This document shows positions 1 through 10,032 of a DNA stretch of 64,000 nt, in pieces. Numbering within the stretch: the first letter of the stretch is position 1; each line of letters begins with the position of its first letter. This stretch comes from an uncultured Bacteroidia bacterium (lineage in GTDB: Bacteria; Bacteroidota; Bacteroidia; Bacteroidales; UBA932), in the NCBI GenBank assembly GCA_902769525.1, contig CACXPG010000006.1, positions 12,432 through 76,431 of the forward strand, given 5' to 3'. Position numbers and translations under genes: made by a program. The notes beneath the pieces were generated by a model. That model was not told where the DNA came from. It did not search any database and saw nothing but the letters and a program-made list of their open reading frames with translations.

Positions 1-1
1 C

Positions 2-2062
2 GCAGGCATTATGGTTCTTCCTGAGGATACTCCTGTAGGAATGAAGGCAAGAGACTATTTCGGCTTCAAGACAGATACCGTTTACACCATAGGCCTTACG
101 CCTAATAGAATAGACGCCGCTTCTTTCATCGGTGTTGCCAGAGACCTGAGCGCCTGGCTTAGGCTCAATAACCTTGGCGGAGAACTGACTTTGCCGTCAG
201 TTGAGGGCTTCAAGGCTCCCCAGACCGACAATGGCTCTGTGGATATTGTTGTAAACCAGCCAGAAGGGGCTCCTAGATACAGCGGCCTTACAATCAAGGG
301 CATTACCGTTAAGGAATCTCCGGACTGGATGAAGAAAAAGCTTCTGAGCGTAGGATTCCGTCCAATCAACAACATCGTGGACATAACAAACTATATCCTC
401 ATAGAAACCGGCAACCCTATGCACGCCTTTGATGTTGACTATGTCAAGGGCAACAAGATTGTGGTTGACTTCTGCCCTGAAGGCACTCCTTTCACCACGC
501 TTGACGGCATTGAACGCAAACTCTCAAATCAGGATCTTATGATTTGCAACGCAGAATCTCCGATGTGCATCGCCGGAGTGTTCGGCGGTCAGGACAGCGG
601 CGTGAAGGACAGCACCACTTCCGTTTTCCTGGAGAGCGCATATTTCAATCCTGTTCTTGTCAGGAAGACTTCCAAGAGACATACTCTGAAGACCGAAGCC
701 AGCTTCCGCTTTGAGAGGGGATGCGACCCGAATATGGTTCCATACGCTCTCAAGAGGGCTGCAATGCTGGTTCTGGAACTTGCCGGCGGAGAAATCGCCG
801 GTCCTGTCAAGGACGTGGTTTCCAAGCCAATCGAGAAGAAAGTCGTTGAACTCGACTATGCGCGTATGGAGTCTTTGATGGGCTGCAAGATAGGCAAGGA
901 CAAGATTCATCAAATTCTCGAATACCTTGAAATGGAGTTCGTTGAAGAATCTGAAACTGGCTGCACAGTAAAGGTTCCTACATACAGGGTGGATGTTTAC
1001 AGAGAGTGTGACGTGGTGGAGGATGTGCTCCGCATCTACGGTTACAACAACGTTCCGCTTCCTGGCAGCATGAAGTGCTCTGTTAACGTTGCTCCGCATC
1101 CGGATCCTGAGAAGATCAGGAAGACCGCCTGCGAGACCCTTACCGCCAACGGCTTTATGGAGATGATGAACAACTCCCTGACCAAGAGCGCTTACTATGA
1201 GGACCTGAAGACATACCCGGCCGACAAGCTGGTTATGATATGCAATCCGCTCTCTTCAGACCTGAACTGCATGAGGCAGACTCTTCTTCTTCACGGTCTT
1301 GAGGTTGTGGCCTACAACATCAACCGCCAGGAGACTCAGCTCAAGCTCTACGAGTTCGGCAACGTTTACTCTTTCAACAAGGACTATGTAAAGCCTGAAG
1401 AGGAAAGAAGCACACTGAAGGCCTACACCGAGCGTCCTAAACTCTCCATGTTTGTAACAGGCGATGGGCTAAAGAGCTGGAGAAACCAGACCATCAGCGG
1501 AGACTATTTCTCTCTCAAGGGATATGTGGAACTCCTTCTGAAGAAGTTCGCTGTCGATATCAAAGACCTTGACTATGAGGGCGCTCCTTCAGACATCTTC
1601 TCCGAGGGACTCACGTACAAGCTTAAGGCAAGCGGCAAGGAAATCGTGACAATGGGTGCCATAAAGGACAAGCTCGCCAAGAAGTTCGGCATCAAGCAGA
1701 AGGTTTACGCCGCAGAATTCTCCTGGGATGTCCTTCTGAACAAGGTCAAGAAGAACTCTGTCAAGTTCACCGAGCTTCCTAGATTCCCTGAAGTTAAGCG
1801 TGACCTAGCCCTGCTGCTGGATTACCAGGTATCCTTCGCAGACCTTAGAAACGCCGCTTACCAGGCTGAGAAGAAGCTCCTTAAGAACATTATCCTCTTC
1901 GATGTCTACACCGGCGACAAGATTCCTGAGGGCAAGAAACAGTACGCTATCAGCTTCTATCTCCAGGATCCTGACAAGACCTTGACCGACAAGGCTGTGG
2001 ATGCCATTATGGAGAAGCTCCTGAGAATCTTCAAGGAAAGGTTCAACGCTGAACTCAGATAA
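2..2062 (+). CDS. pheT: phenylalanine--tRNA ligase beta subunit (5' end outside window)
   Basis: The frame is open from the window edge. There are 683+ aa with PheT-like B3/4-B5 core and a C-terminal FDVYTG...KKQYAISF motif. Confidence 0.93.
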   Translation, partial: AGIMVLPEDTPVGMKARDYFGFKTDTVYTIGLTPNRIDAASFIGVARDLSAWLRLNNLGGELTLPSVEGFKAPQTDNGSVDIVVNQPEGAPRYSGLTIKGITVKESPDWMKKKLLSVGFRPINNIVDITNYILIETGNPMHAFDVDYVKGNKIVVDFCPEGTPFTTLDGIERKLSNQDLMICNAESPMCIAGVFGGQDSGVKDSTTSVFLESAYFNPVLVRKTSKRHTLKTEASFRFERGCDPNMVPYALKRAAMLVLELAGGEIAGPVKDVVSKPIEKKVVELDYARMESLMGCKIGKDKIHQILEYLEMEFVEESETGCTVKVPTYRVDVYRECDVVEDVLRIYGYNNVPLPGSMKCSVNVAPHPDPEKIRKTACETLTANGFMEMMNNSLTKSAYYEDLKTYPADKLVMICNPLSSDLNCMRQTLLLHGLEVVAYNINRQETQLKLYEFGNVYSFNKDYVKPEEERSTLKAYTERPKLSMFVTGDGLKSWRNQTISGDYFSLKGYVELLLKKFAVDIKDLDYEGAPSDIFSEGLTYKLKASGKEIVTMGAIKDKLAKKFGIKQKVYAAEFSWDVLLNKVKKNSVKFTELPRFPEVKRDLALLLDYQVSFADLRNAAYQAEKKLLKNIILFDVYTGDKIPEGKKQYAISFYLQDPDKTLTDKAVDAIMEKLLRIFKERFNAELR

Positions 2063-2079
2063 GGCCAACTTAAAGAGAG

Positions 2080-2826
2080 ATGTTTATGTTTGTGTTCAAT
2101 AAAAAGAGTTTATTTGCGTTTTTTGTACTTCTCATCCTTACTTCATGCGAGGCAAAGAAATCATCATCGTCTGTTTCTGTGATGAAGGAAGAGATGCCAG
2201 AAGATTTTTATAGGTTACCTGAAAAAGATATCGAAATCAATTATTCGAAGCCTTCAACTATTGATCTTCGTGGAATTCGGAATGAAATAACATGGTTTTA
2301 TACTCCTGCTCTTTCTGATTGTTTTGGTTATAATGACGAACCTGGATATTTATCCGTGAAAAACAATGACAAGTTGGTTTCTGCAAAGTTGATTGTAAAC
2401 TATTATCCTACAATATGGTCAGATGAAAATGACCATGTTATACAATTAATAGAGCTGCCTACACTATCTTGTAAGGGATCAAAGGATCTTGAGGTTGATT
2501 ATGGAAGAGTAATTCTGCTCCGTCGCAATGATTTGTTTTTTCTACCAGAAAATGTAAAGCAACAAGTCTCTGGTATCTCGCGACAAGATTTACTCACTAT
2601 ATTGGAATCTGCTGGTACAGATCATGAATTTGAGAATTGGTCAGTAGAGAAGAAGATATGGAAAAGATATATCAGCAAGTATACTCCAGGTGATTTTGCT
2701 CTTATAAATGCGGAGAATAATAGATTCGGAACATACCCCAATACCTTTTATTTACAGTTACATTTTAGGGGAAATAAAAGAGACTATTTGATTAATTTAT
2801 GTGATGAAGTTATTATCGGCAACTAG
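2080..2826 (+). CDS. hypothetical lipoprotein
   Basis: ATG at 2080. Hydrophobic signal ends in lipobox LTSC followed by a Ser-rich linker. AT-rich; no recognisable domain. Confidence 0.6.
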   Translation: MFMFVFNKKSLFAFFVLLILTSCEAKKSSSSVSVMKEEMPEDFYRLPEKDIEINYSKPSTIDLRGIRNEITWFYTPALSDCFGYNDEPGYLSVKNNDKLVSAKLIVNYYPTIWSDENDHVIQLIELPTLSCKGSKDLEVDYGRVILLRRNDLFFLPENVKQQVSGISRQDLLTILESAGTDHEFENWSVEKKIWKRYISKYTPGDFALINAENNRFGTYPNTFYLQLHFRGNKRDYLINLCDEVIIGN

Positions 2827-3004
2827 TTTATGAATAAGGGTTATACAAGTTTTTTTATATGTGATTGGCATATTTGCAGTAGCCGTAATTGCTTTTATTA
2901 CCTTAATGTTTTTTCTTTTTGTTGACAATAAATCTAAGCCCTCAGTTAAGCAACTCGAAAAAGCATGCGGAGTTCATTTCCCACTTTTTGATATTATTGA
3001 AGAA

Positions 3005-3038
3005 CTATAGTGGTCCCATAAAAATAGGACCACTATAG
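3005..3038. repeat. perfect 12-bp inverted repeat (ctatagtggtcc N10 ggaccactatag)
   Basis: Read directly. Arms at 3005-3016 and 3027-3038 with a 10-nt AT-rich loop. Possible terminator or operator in the 300-nt AT-rich spacer. Confidence 0.5.
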
Positions 3039-3127
3039 TTCTATCAAGACAAAAAAACTAAACATGTATTTTTTTTCGTATTTTTACTATCAATTAATGA
3101 ATATATAATAATTCGCAGTGAAAGTAT

Positions 3128-3901
3128 ATGAAAATAGTGTTTATTTTAATTGATTTTCTTTTCCTTTCTATCGGTTATGTGTTTGGCCAATCTAGAGTCA
3201 ATTATTTGCCTGTAACAGACGATTTATCAACTATCTATGGGAATGTGGCTAAAATAGAACAGTATTATTTTAATGGGGTAATCTCATCTGGTAAATTAGA
3301 TTTAGAAAAGACCTTAGATGAAAAACCTGATTCTTGGGCTGAATTTGACTATGATTTTAAAGGTCGGTTACTCAGAGAAACATATTATTCTTCAACTGGC
3401 AGTTGTGAGTTTAATCAATGGATTTATTCTGAAGATAGTCCGTTATTTTATATTAATCATTTGTATTATGGCCAAGGAAAGTTTTTAGTTAAAGCCTTGA
3501 CAGATTCTTACGAACTTTATAGAATAACTAATGGAGATGCTTACCTTACTTTTTCTAGTTGGGGTATTAACCAAAAGTCAACGATCGATTCCGTTTGGTC
3601 TTATCGTTTTGTCTATGATAAAGGAAGAATTATCCTTATCGAAACACCTAGTGGCACTACCACTGTAACGTATAATGTTGATAAAGTTGGATTTGAAAGT
3701 AAGATTGTTTTACCTCATGGAATAATAGTCCATAAATATAATGGAAGAGGGCACATTTATGAATCCGTTACTGTAAGTGGAAAAGTTATTAAATATTACT
3801 ATTACAAATTTGATGATAAGGGAAACTGGCTTGAAAGAAGTTCACATTTTGAGGATAGCATCGGTTTTGAAAAACGTATTATAACATATTACAATAAATA
3901 A
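3128..3901 (+). CDS. hypothetical secreted protein (KGNW...ITYY C-terminal motif family)
   Basis: ATG at 3128 and an N-terminal signal-like hydrophobic segment. The C-terminus DDKGNWLERS...KRIITYYNK resembles the next gene. Confidence 0.6.
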   Translation: MKIVFILIDFLFLSIGYVFGQSRVNYLPVTDDLSTIYGNVAKIEQYYFNGVISSGKLDLEKTLDEKPDSWAEFDYDFKGRLLRETYYSSTGSCEFNQWIYSEDSPLFYINHLYYGQGKFLVKALTDSYELYRITNGDAYLTFSSWGINQKSTIDSVWSYRFVYDKGRIILIETPSGTTTVTYNVDKVGFESKIVLPHGIIVHKYNGRGHIYESVTVSGKVIKYYYYKFDDKGNWLERSSHFEDSIGFEKRIITYYNK

Positions 3902-3994
3902 GTTATAGCTCACATTAATAGTAGTTAAAAGCATTAATGAATTAGTAGGCTATTTATTATATTTATCTTGCTTTCTCCGATATTAATAAATATT

Positions 3995-4708
3995 ATGAAA
4001 TTTTTATTTTTAGCCTTAGTCTTTATCTTGGCTCTGGATGCCTGTGGGCAGAATAACGGACAAAGCAACGGGCGGGTAAAGGAACCTGTCGATACCACAT
4101 CTGTTCAGTCCCAGATATATAACGAGATTGTTCAGGCTAAGGCTGAGGAACCGGTTGTGGAACAACCTGTTGAGGCTGTTAAACATGAATACCTGTCCCA
4201 GGATCTGGCTACCTTCGACTTTTACGGGAAGGTTGAATCGGTGAATTATGACCAGGGGGAACACGTCCTTCCTGTATGCGTACAGTTTGACACCAACGGG
4301 AAAGTCACTTCAATTGTACGGACTGGCAGCGGGGGAAACAAAGAGAATGCTGAAATCCTTTATGATGGCCTGGACAAGATAGAAACCATCTTGTTTGAGT
4401 CAGACGCCCCATGGATAAATGTTCTGACCTATGGAGATGGTGAAGGATTCCAGGCCCCAGTTACATATACGACTACCAATCAGATGGGCAATTACACAGA
4501 AGTTACCTATCAGAGGGACAGCAATGGTTTAGTGATTGGCATTCAGCGGGAAGAATCCATTCATTTCGCACCAGTTGAAGACAATGATCCTTACACTGTC
4601 GAGTTATCGGATTTTGACAGTAAGGGCAACTGGCTGCTGTGCACCAAGAAGTGGGGAGACTATACTTTTATCATCAAGCGCACAATCACTTATTATCAGC
4701 AAAACTAA
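3995..4708 (+). CDS. hypothetical lipoprotein, paralogue-like to 3128-3901
   Basis: The ORF-track start at 3968 is TTG. The ATG at 3995 gives MKFLFLALVFILALDAC lipobox. The C-terminus is DSKGNWLLCT...KRTITYYQQN. Confidence 0.6.
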   Translation: MKFLFLALVFILALDACGQNNGQSNGRVKEPVDTTSVQSQIYNEIVQAKAEEPVVEQPVEAVKHEYLSQDLATFDFYGKVESVNYDQGEHVLPVCVQFDTNGKVTSIVRTGSGGNKENAEILYDGLDKIETILFESDAPWINVLTYGDGEGFQAPVTYTTTNQMGNYTEVTYQRDSNGLVIGIQREESIHFAPVEDNDPYTVELSDFDSKGNWLLCTKKWGDYTFIIKRTITYYQQN

Positions 4709-4716
4709 TTTGGTCC

Positions 4717-5970
4717 ATGTGCAGGCTTTTTACAATCATTGTCCTTGCAGTTGCCTTGTTGACGGGCAGTTGCAGAGAAACATCTGATATTGTTGACAAC
4801 GGGAAAAACGGTCCGGTGGTAGTGGCTTATGTCAGCGGCGGGCAGGGGAAGCCGCTTCCGGATTTCGGGAAGGTCACTCACATTGATTATGCTTTCGGCA
4901 GGATAGACAGTACATTTTCAGGTTTGAGCATTGAGAACCCGCCACGGTTCAAGGAGATCGCCGATCTGAAGAACGAGTATAACAAGACTGCACAGAGGAA
5001 AGTGTTCATGCAGCTTTCCATCGGAGGATGGGGGAGCGGCCGCTTCAGCGAGATGGTCACCGACACCGCCTACAGACACGCTTTTGTGGCTGCCTGCAAG
5101 AAGGTTGTCGAGGATTACGGCATAGACGGCATAGACCTGGACTGGGAATATCCGTCCAGCGGGGTGGCAGGCATTTCTTCAGCTCCTACAGACATTGACA
5201 ATTTCACCCTTTGGGTAAAGGAACTAAGAGAGGCTCTCGGACATGACAAGCTGCTTACAATCGCCACAATCTCTACGGCCAGGTTCATCGATTTCAAGGC
5301 CGTTGACCCGTACATAGACTTCTACAACATAATGAGTTACGATATGGCTGTGGCTCCGTGTCACCATGCTCCGCTGAAGAGGTTCGAGACGGAACTTCTC
5401 CGAGACAGCCTTATCGGAAACCTCAGGATGGGATTCGGTTTTCTGGGCTATCCGTCTGATTCTACAGTTGCTCAGCAATACGGGCAGATGTACCAGACTC
5501 CGGTCATGCTCAATGCTGATTACTTCAGGCAGTTCGCTGCCAGCCTAACCAAAGAAGATAATCCTAAGGAGAGCAAGATTGCGGGGCAGTGCACTACGGA
5601 AGAGGCTGTAATGATGCATATTGCAGCAGGCCTGGATCCTAGTAAGCTTGTTCTTGGAATGCCGTTCTACGGCAAGAGCGGCGGCGGAGTAAACTATCCG
5701 TTCCAGAAAGAGTTCTGGGAGACCGGAGAACCGGGAGAAGGCTACCAGGAAGTCTGGGACGAGATTGCCTGGGTTCCGTACATCGCTGATGCTGAAGGAA
5801 ATCTTGTTTACGGCTTTGAAAACGAGCAGTCAATCCGTGCAAAATGCCGCTTTGCCAAGGAGCATCACCTCCTCGGCGCAATGTACTGGGAATACTGCAT
5901 CGATGCCGGAAGGAGTGAAGCCTTCCGTGGCAAACTGATCAACGCTGTCGCTGAGGAGATCCTTTTTTAG
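4717..5970 (+). CDS. glycoside hydrolase family 18 lipoprotein (chitinase / endo-beta-N-acetylglucosaminidase-like)
   Basis: GH18 catalytic motif DGIDLDWEYP at about 5119-5150. The internal ATG at 4717 gives signal plus lipobox LLTGSC. Confidence 0.85.
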   Translation: MCRLFTIIVLAVALLTGSCRETSDIVDNGKNGPVVVAYVSGGQGKPLPDFGKVTHIDYAFGRIDSTFSGLSIENPPRFKEIADLKNEYNKTAQRKVFMQLSIGGWGSGRFSEMVTDTAYRHAFVAACKKVVEDYGIDGIDLDWEYPSSGVAGISSAPTDIDNFTLWVKELREALGHDKLLTIATISTARFIDFKAVDPYIDFYNIMSYDMAVAPCHHAPLKRFETELLRDSLIGNLRMGFGFLGYPSDSTVAQQYGQMYQTPVMLNADYFRQFAASLTKEDNPKESKIAGQCTTEEAVMMHIAAGLDPSKLVLGMPFYGKSGGGVNYPFQKEFWETGEPGEGYQEVWDEIAWVPYIADAEGNLVYGFENEQSIRAKCRFAKEHHLLGAMYWEYCIDAGRSEAFRGKLINAVAEEILF

Positions 5971-6857
5971 TAGAATTTCACAGGGGTGCCTTCAAGGGAG
6001 GTGAGTACCTTGTTGGCAAGGCTGCTGGCGCCGATCCTGAAATACTTTGGAGTCAGTTGCTCTCTTCCCATCGTATGCTCGACTATAGACAGATAGAGTA
6101 TTGCGTCCTCTGAAGACGAAACTCCGCCGGCTGGCTTGAAACCTCTCCTTTTGCCGGTCTTTTCCATATAGGCCTTGAGGCATTTGCACATCACAAGGGC
6201 GGCGATTGGGGTAGCGCTCGGCTCCTGCTTTCCGGTAGATGTCTTGATGAAATCCGCTCCTTCCTCAAGGGCAAGGAGGGATGCCTCGGCTATAGCCTCG
6301 ACTCCTTCCTGGAGGGTAGGGTATCCGGTCTGCAGGGCACCGCTTTCCAGTATGACTTTCAGAGTCTTGCCTTCTGTAACCTTTCTCAGCGATGAGATTT
6401 CTTTTCTGGTCTCTTCCAGATTTCCGGCAACGAAAGAGCTGTGCGGAAGCACGATGTCTATTTCGGTAGCGCCGTCTTCAATGGCGTGTCTGGTTTCCAG
6501 CTCCTTTACGTCCAGAAAACTCTGCGATGAAGGGAAGCAGGCGGAAACCGTGGTAATGCCGACTCCTTCTTCCTTGAGGGTTCCCTTTACGGTCTTTGCG
6601 AAGTTAGGATAAACGCAAATCGATGCCGGAAGAGGGTACTGTGGATACTGTGCCTTGAACTTGTTTACCTTATCGGTGAACTTTGTGATGAATTCAGGGG
6701 TGTCTGAAGTGTGGAGGCTTGTAAGGTCTATGGCTCCAAGGGCGATCTTGAGGTTTTCCTCATTGAAGTTGGCCTTTGCCTTTTCCTTTATCTGGGCAAG
6801 TTCCTTCTCGAGCTCTTCAGCGTTTATTGTAAGACTGTACTTTTCGGTCAGTTTCAT
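5967..6857 (-). CDS. deoC: deoxyribose-phosphate aldolase
   Basis: Class I aldolase motifs ICVYPNF, EIDIVL, LKVILESG and Schiff-base Lys in FIKTSTGK. Confidence 0.9.
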   Translation of the reverse strand: MKLTEKYSLTINAEELEKELAQIKEKAKANFNEENLKIALGAIDLTSLHTSDTPEFITKFTDKVNKFKAQYPQYPLPASICVYPNFAKTVKGTLKEEGVGITTVSACFPSSQSFLDVKELETRHAIEDGATEIDIVLPHSSFVAGNLEETRKEISSLRKVTEGKTLKVILESGALQTGYPTLQEGVEAIAEASLLALEEGADFIKTSTGKQEPSATPIAALVMCKCLKAYMEKTGKRRGFKPAGGVSSSEDAILYLSIVEHTMGREQLTPKYFRIGASSLANKVLTSLEGTPVKFY

Positions 6858-6870
6858 ACACTTGTGTTTT

Positions 6871-7326
6871 TTAGAAATTTCTCTGTTTGCTGTCCATTAT
6901 TATTGTTACGGGGCCGTCGTTCAGAAGTTCCACCTTCATGTCTGCCCCGAATTCTCCGGTAGGGATGTCCTTTCCCAGGGCTGAGCCAAGCTGCTTTACG
7001 AATTCCTCGTAAAGTGGGACGGAAATCTCCGGCCTGGCAGCCTTGATGTAGGACGGGCGGTTTCCCTTGTAAGTTGAGGCCATCAGGGTGAACTGGCTGA
7101 CAACCAGGATGTCTCCGCCGTCATCCATTACCGAGATGTTCATCACTCCGTTCTGGTCGTCGAAGATTCTCAGGTTGGAGATTTTCTTTACCAGGTAGGC
7201 TATGTCTTCTTCCCCGTCTTCTTCTCCCACGCCAAGCAGCACCAGCATTCCCTTGCCGATGGAAGACTTCACCTTGCCCTCTATGGTGACGCTGCAATGC
7301 TTGACTCTCTGTATTACTGCTCTCAT
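6871..7326 (-). CDS. dtd: D-aminoacyl-tRNA deacylase
   Basis: 151 aa with MRAVIQRV... and the SQFTL motif. Start overlaps the upstream stop by 4 nt (7323-7326). Confidence 0.95.
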   Translation of the reverse strand: MRAVIQRVKHCSVTIEGKVKSSIGKGMLVLLGVGEEDGEEDIAYLVKKISNLRIFDDQNGVMNISVMDDGGDILVVSQFTLMASTYKGNRPSYIKAARPEISVPLYEEFVKQLGSALGKDIPTGEFGADMKVELLNDGPVTIIMDSKQRNF

Positions 7327-8096
7327 ACGGCTTCTCCGTTAATGGTTATGTCAAAGCCATCTTCCTTGAGCGGAAGGGCGATTTCCCGCATCTGCTCCAT
7401 TGTAGCTTTCTTCAGGTCTTTGGCTGGAGTGTCGCGGTCCAGGGTGTACATCATTATCTGCCTTGGCTTGAGCTGTCTGACAAGATTCCTCCAGTCTTCC
7501 GTGAGCTTTTTGTCCGTCAGGTCGAAGTCTATGGTCTTGAAGAAGATGGTCTGGAGTATGAAGTTTCCGTTGAATTTCTTTAGGTCTTCAATGGTCTTAT
7601 CCAGGCTGTATCCCGGGGCAGGACGGTTGACGGCGTTTACGATATCCTTGTCTGTGGAGTCAATCTTGAGGATAGGGTTGTCCACTTTCATCAGAGCCTG
7701 CCTTACCTCTTTTTTCCAGATCATTGAAGCATTGCTCAATACGGAAACCTTGGCGTCCTTGAGGTATTCGTCCCTTATGCGGAGCGTAATGTCCACGATC
7801 TTGGCAAACTCGGGATGGATGGTAGGCTCTCCGTTGCCTGAGAAAGTGATGGAATCTACCCTGATGTTGTCTCTATGGAGTTCTTCGGCCCTTTCCTTGA
7901 GCGCCTGTTCTACTTGCTTTGCGCTCGGCCGGAGTTTGTCCTGATTGTGATCCTTGTTCCACCCGCACTCGCAGTAGATGCAGTCGAAGGAGCAGATCTT
8001 GCCGTGCTCCGGCATCAGGTTGATACCGAGAGAAGACCCGAGCCTGCGGCTGTGGATAGGACCGACAATCAGCGATTCAAACAGTTTGGTTGGCAT
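7323..8096 (-). CDS. radical SAM protein
   Basis: CxxxCxxC cluster in CSFDCIYCECGWN near the N-terminus. Translationally coupled to dtd. Confidence 0.85.
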   Translation of the reverse strand: MPTKLFESLIVGPIHSRRLGSSLGINLMPEHGKICSFDCIYCECGWNKDHNQDKLRPSAKQVEQALKERAEELHRDNIRVDSITFSGNGEPTIHPEFAKIVDITLRIRDEYLKDAKVSVLSNASMIWKKEVRQALMKVDNPILKIDSTDKDIVNAVNRPAPGYSLDKTIEDLKKFNGNFILQTIFFKTIDFDLTDKKLTEDWRNLVRQLKPRQIMMYTLDRDTPAKDLKKATMEQMREIALPLKEDGFDITINGEAV

Positions 8097-8111
8097 ATAA
8101 TGTATTGTGTT

Positions 8112-9344
8112 CTAGATTATTCTTGTAGATTTAGTGTCTTTTGTTATCTTGAAACCATTGAGGTTTTCAAGAAGAACAATGCCTGGAGTCTTGCCTTTTT
8201 CAATGCTTCCCAGGCTATCCTGCTTTCCAAGGAGTTCGGCACCGTTTGAGCAGGCCCAGACAAGAAATTCTCCCAGTTCCAGACCCGGGAAGTTCTCCTG
8301 GAGGCATTCCATTTCCCTGACCATATCCAGAATCAGGTTGGAAGACAGGCTGTCTGTTCCAAGGCAGATCTTAAGGTTGTTTTTCCTCATAAGGTCAATT
8401 GGAGGAAGCTGCCTGTGGATGAATATGTTGGAAAGAGGGCAAATCGTGAAGAAAGGACTTTGGAGGGCCTCTTTAGCCCTGTCTATGCTCCTTTGGCTTA
8501 TCACCACGTTGTGGACGAGGTTAATTCTGCCTTTTACCTTTCCTTCTTTCTCGGCGATGCGGTCTATGAAGTATTCCAGGGCGGTTGCTCCCGTGACCGG
8601 CGGAGTGGAAAGGCCTCTTGAGTGATAGTTGTCTGACAGGGCTCCGCTTCCTTTCATTATCATATCCTCCTCTTCCTGGCTTTCCTGGCTGTGGTAGGAG
8701 ATGATGCCGCTCTCAAGACCTCTTTTTGCCGTGATTTCAAGCAGTTTAGGGCTCATCGTATAGCAGGAGTGAGGAGTCACGGAAGCCTCCAGCCCCATAG
8801 CCGTGGCCTGGTCGGCCGTTCTCTGTCCTCCTTCCAGGATGGCCTCGGCGTCTGCCTTCTCGGTTCCGAAAAGCTCAACGAAGGTCCTGTAGTAAACCGG
8901 AAACAGAGGGTTGCCGGCAGAATGCTTCAGCCTCAGGTAGTCTTTCTTGAACGCGAAGCTCTCGCTGCAGTTGCTGATGTCGGAGACTGCTACTACACCC
9001 TGGCGGGAGAAGTTCTCGAATTCAGCCTTCATGGCATCCAGGCGGCCTTTTTCGTCCACGCTTTCGCGGAGCTCGTTGATCTGGTTGATAAAGCCGCTCA
9101 TGCCTGTAGCCTGGCGGAAAGCGCCTTTAAGGTGGGAAAGCTCTATGTGGCAGTGGGCGTTCACAAAACCCGGGACAAGCGTTCCCCTGAAGTAATCAAC
9201 AGATTGGTCCTGAAGCCGGTCTTTGCTCTGATACTGGCTGATATCCAGAATCTTTCCGTCATCGTCAAGAGTTAAAAGAGGCTTGGCCAAAGGCTCAATC
9301 CGGCCGTCAAGAGTGTATATAAAGTCTGCAGCAATCTTTCTCAT
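8112..9344 (-). CDS. amidohydrolase family protein (metal-dependent, chlorohydrolase/deaminase-like)
   Basis: N-terminal HxH metal motif FVNAHCHIELSHL and a later HS...GTDS motif. Confidence 0.8.
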   Translation of the reverse strand: MRKIAADFIYTLDGRIEPLAKPLLTLDDDGKILDISQYQSKDRLQDQSVDYFRGTLVPGFVNAHCHIELSHLKGAFRQATGMSGFINQINELRESVDEKGRLDAMKAEFENFSRQGVVAVSDISNCSESFAFKKDYLRLKHSAGNPLFPVYYRTFVELFGTEKADAEAILEGGQRTADQATAMGLEASVTPHSCYTMSPKLLEITAKRGLESGIISYHSQESQEEEDMIMKGSGALSDNYHSRGLSTPPVTGATALEYFIDRIAEKEGKVKGRINLVHNVVISQRSIDRAKEALQSPFFTICPLSNIFIHRQLPPIDLMRKNNLKICLGTDSLSSNLILDMVREMECLQENFPGLELGEFLVWACSNGAELLGKQDSLGSIEKGKTPGIVLLENLNGFKITKDTKSTRII

Positions 9345-9356
9345 CGCGATTACAGT

Positions 9357-9920
9357 CTATCTTGCATCTATTTCGAAAGAAGGCCTGGTTTTTTGGGAAT
9401 CGCTTCTTGTATTGTCAGCGGCAGGGCTGCCTTCTTTCACCATAACTTTCTGAAGTTCCTCAAAGAATTTTTCTCTGCGGATTCTTTCTCCCTGGAGATT
9501 CTTGTTCCACCAGCCATCCAGATTGGAAATGACAGGGGCTTTGAAAGGAATCGGGAAATACAGCCTCGGCTTTTCCTGAGTGAGGATTTTGCTTTCCTTG
9601 GATGCGTTTACCTTAGCCATCCGGGTGGCGGCGTCCAGTATGTAGATGAAGTCTTTTTCGTCTTGAAGATAATGCCTTATGGATCTCTGGTAGTCTTCCA
9701 GGGTGCATCCGTATTTCTCGAATATGTGCTGATACAGAAGAATGGAGTCCGCAGCCAGGTTCACCTCGTTATAGGTCTTGGCATATTCGTCCACCACAAA
9801 CATATCGTACATGATGTTTGCCACCTTGTCTTTGCCGAGAATCCTCTCTCCGCAGCGGATGAAAGCAAACGCGGCTAGGGCAAGCAGCAGTGTCTTCAAT
9901 ATTTTGGTTCCTCTGTTCAT
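9357..9920 (-). CDS. hypothetical lipoprotein (DUF4296-like)
   Basis: The internal ATG at 9920 gives MNRGTKILKTLLLALAAFAFIRC lipobox. The family assignment is from memory only. Confidence 0.5.
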   Translation of the reverse strand: MNRGTKILKTLLLALAAFAFIRCGERILGKDKVANIMYDMFVVDEYAKTYNEVNLAADSILLYQHIFEKYGCTLEDYQRSIRHYLQDEKDFIYILDAATRMAKVNASKESKILTQEKPRLYFPIPFKAPVISNLDGWWNKNLQGERIRREKFFEELQKVMVKEGSPAADNTRSDSQKTRPSFEIDAR

Positions 9921-10032
9921 ATCTGCAAAATTAATAAGAATAAAGATATGTGCGTCCTGGTTTTTGAAATAGTTCATTTTCTCGGGAATTGCATTATCTT
10001 TACAACCGTTTTTAACAATCCGTCAGCCTAAG

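Noticed and set aside
4639-4716. 26-codon N-terminal extension of the GH18 ORF overlapping the previous gene
   Set aside because: The ATG at 4717 yields a proper signal peptide plus lipobox (LLTGSC) and removes the overlap with 3995-4708.
9343-9350. Apparent recurrence of the palindrome ATCGCGAT (also at about 19254, 32287, 43927 and 44344)
   Set aside because: Several copies lie inside coding regions, and I cannot do an exhaustive count or background model by eye. Only the extended intergenic versions are reported as findings.
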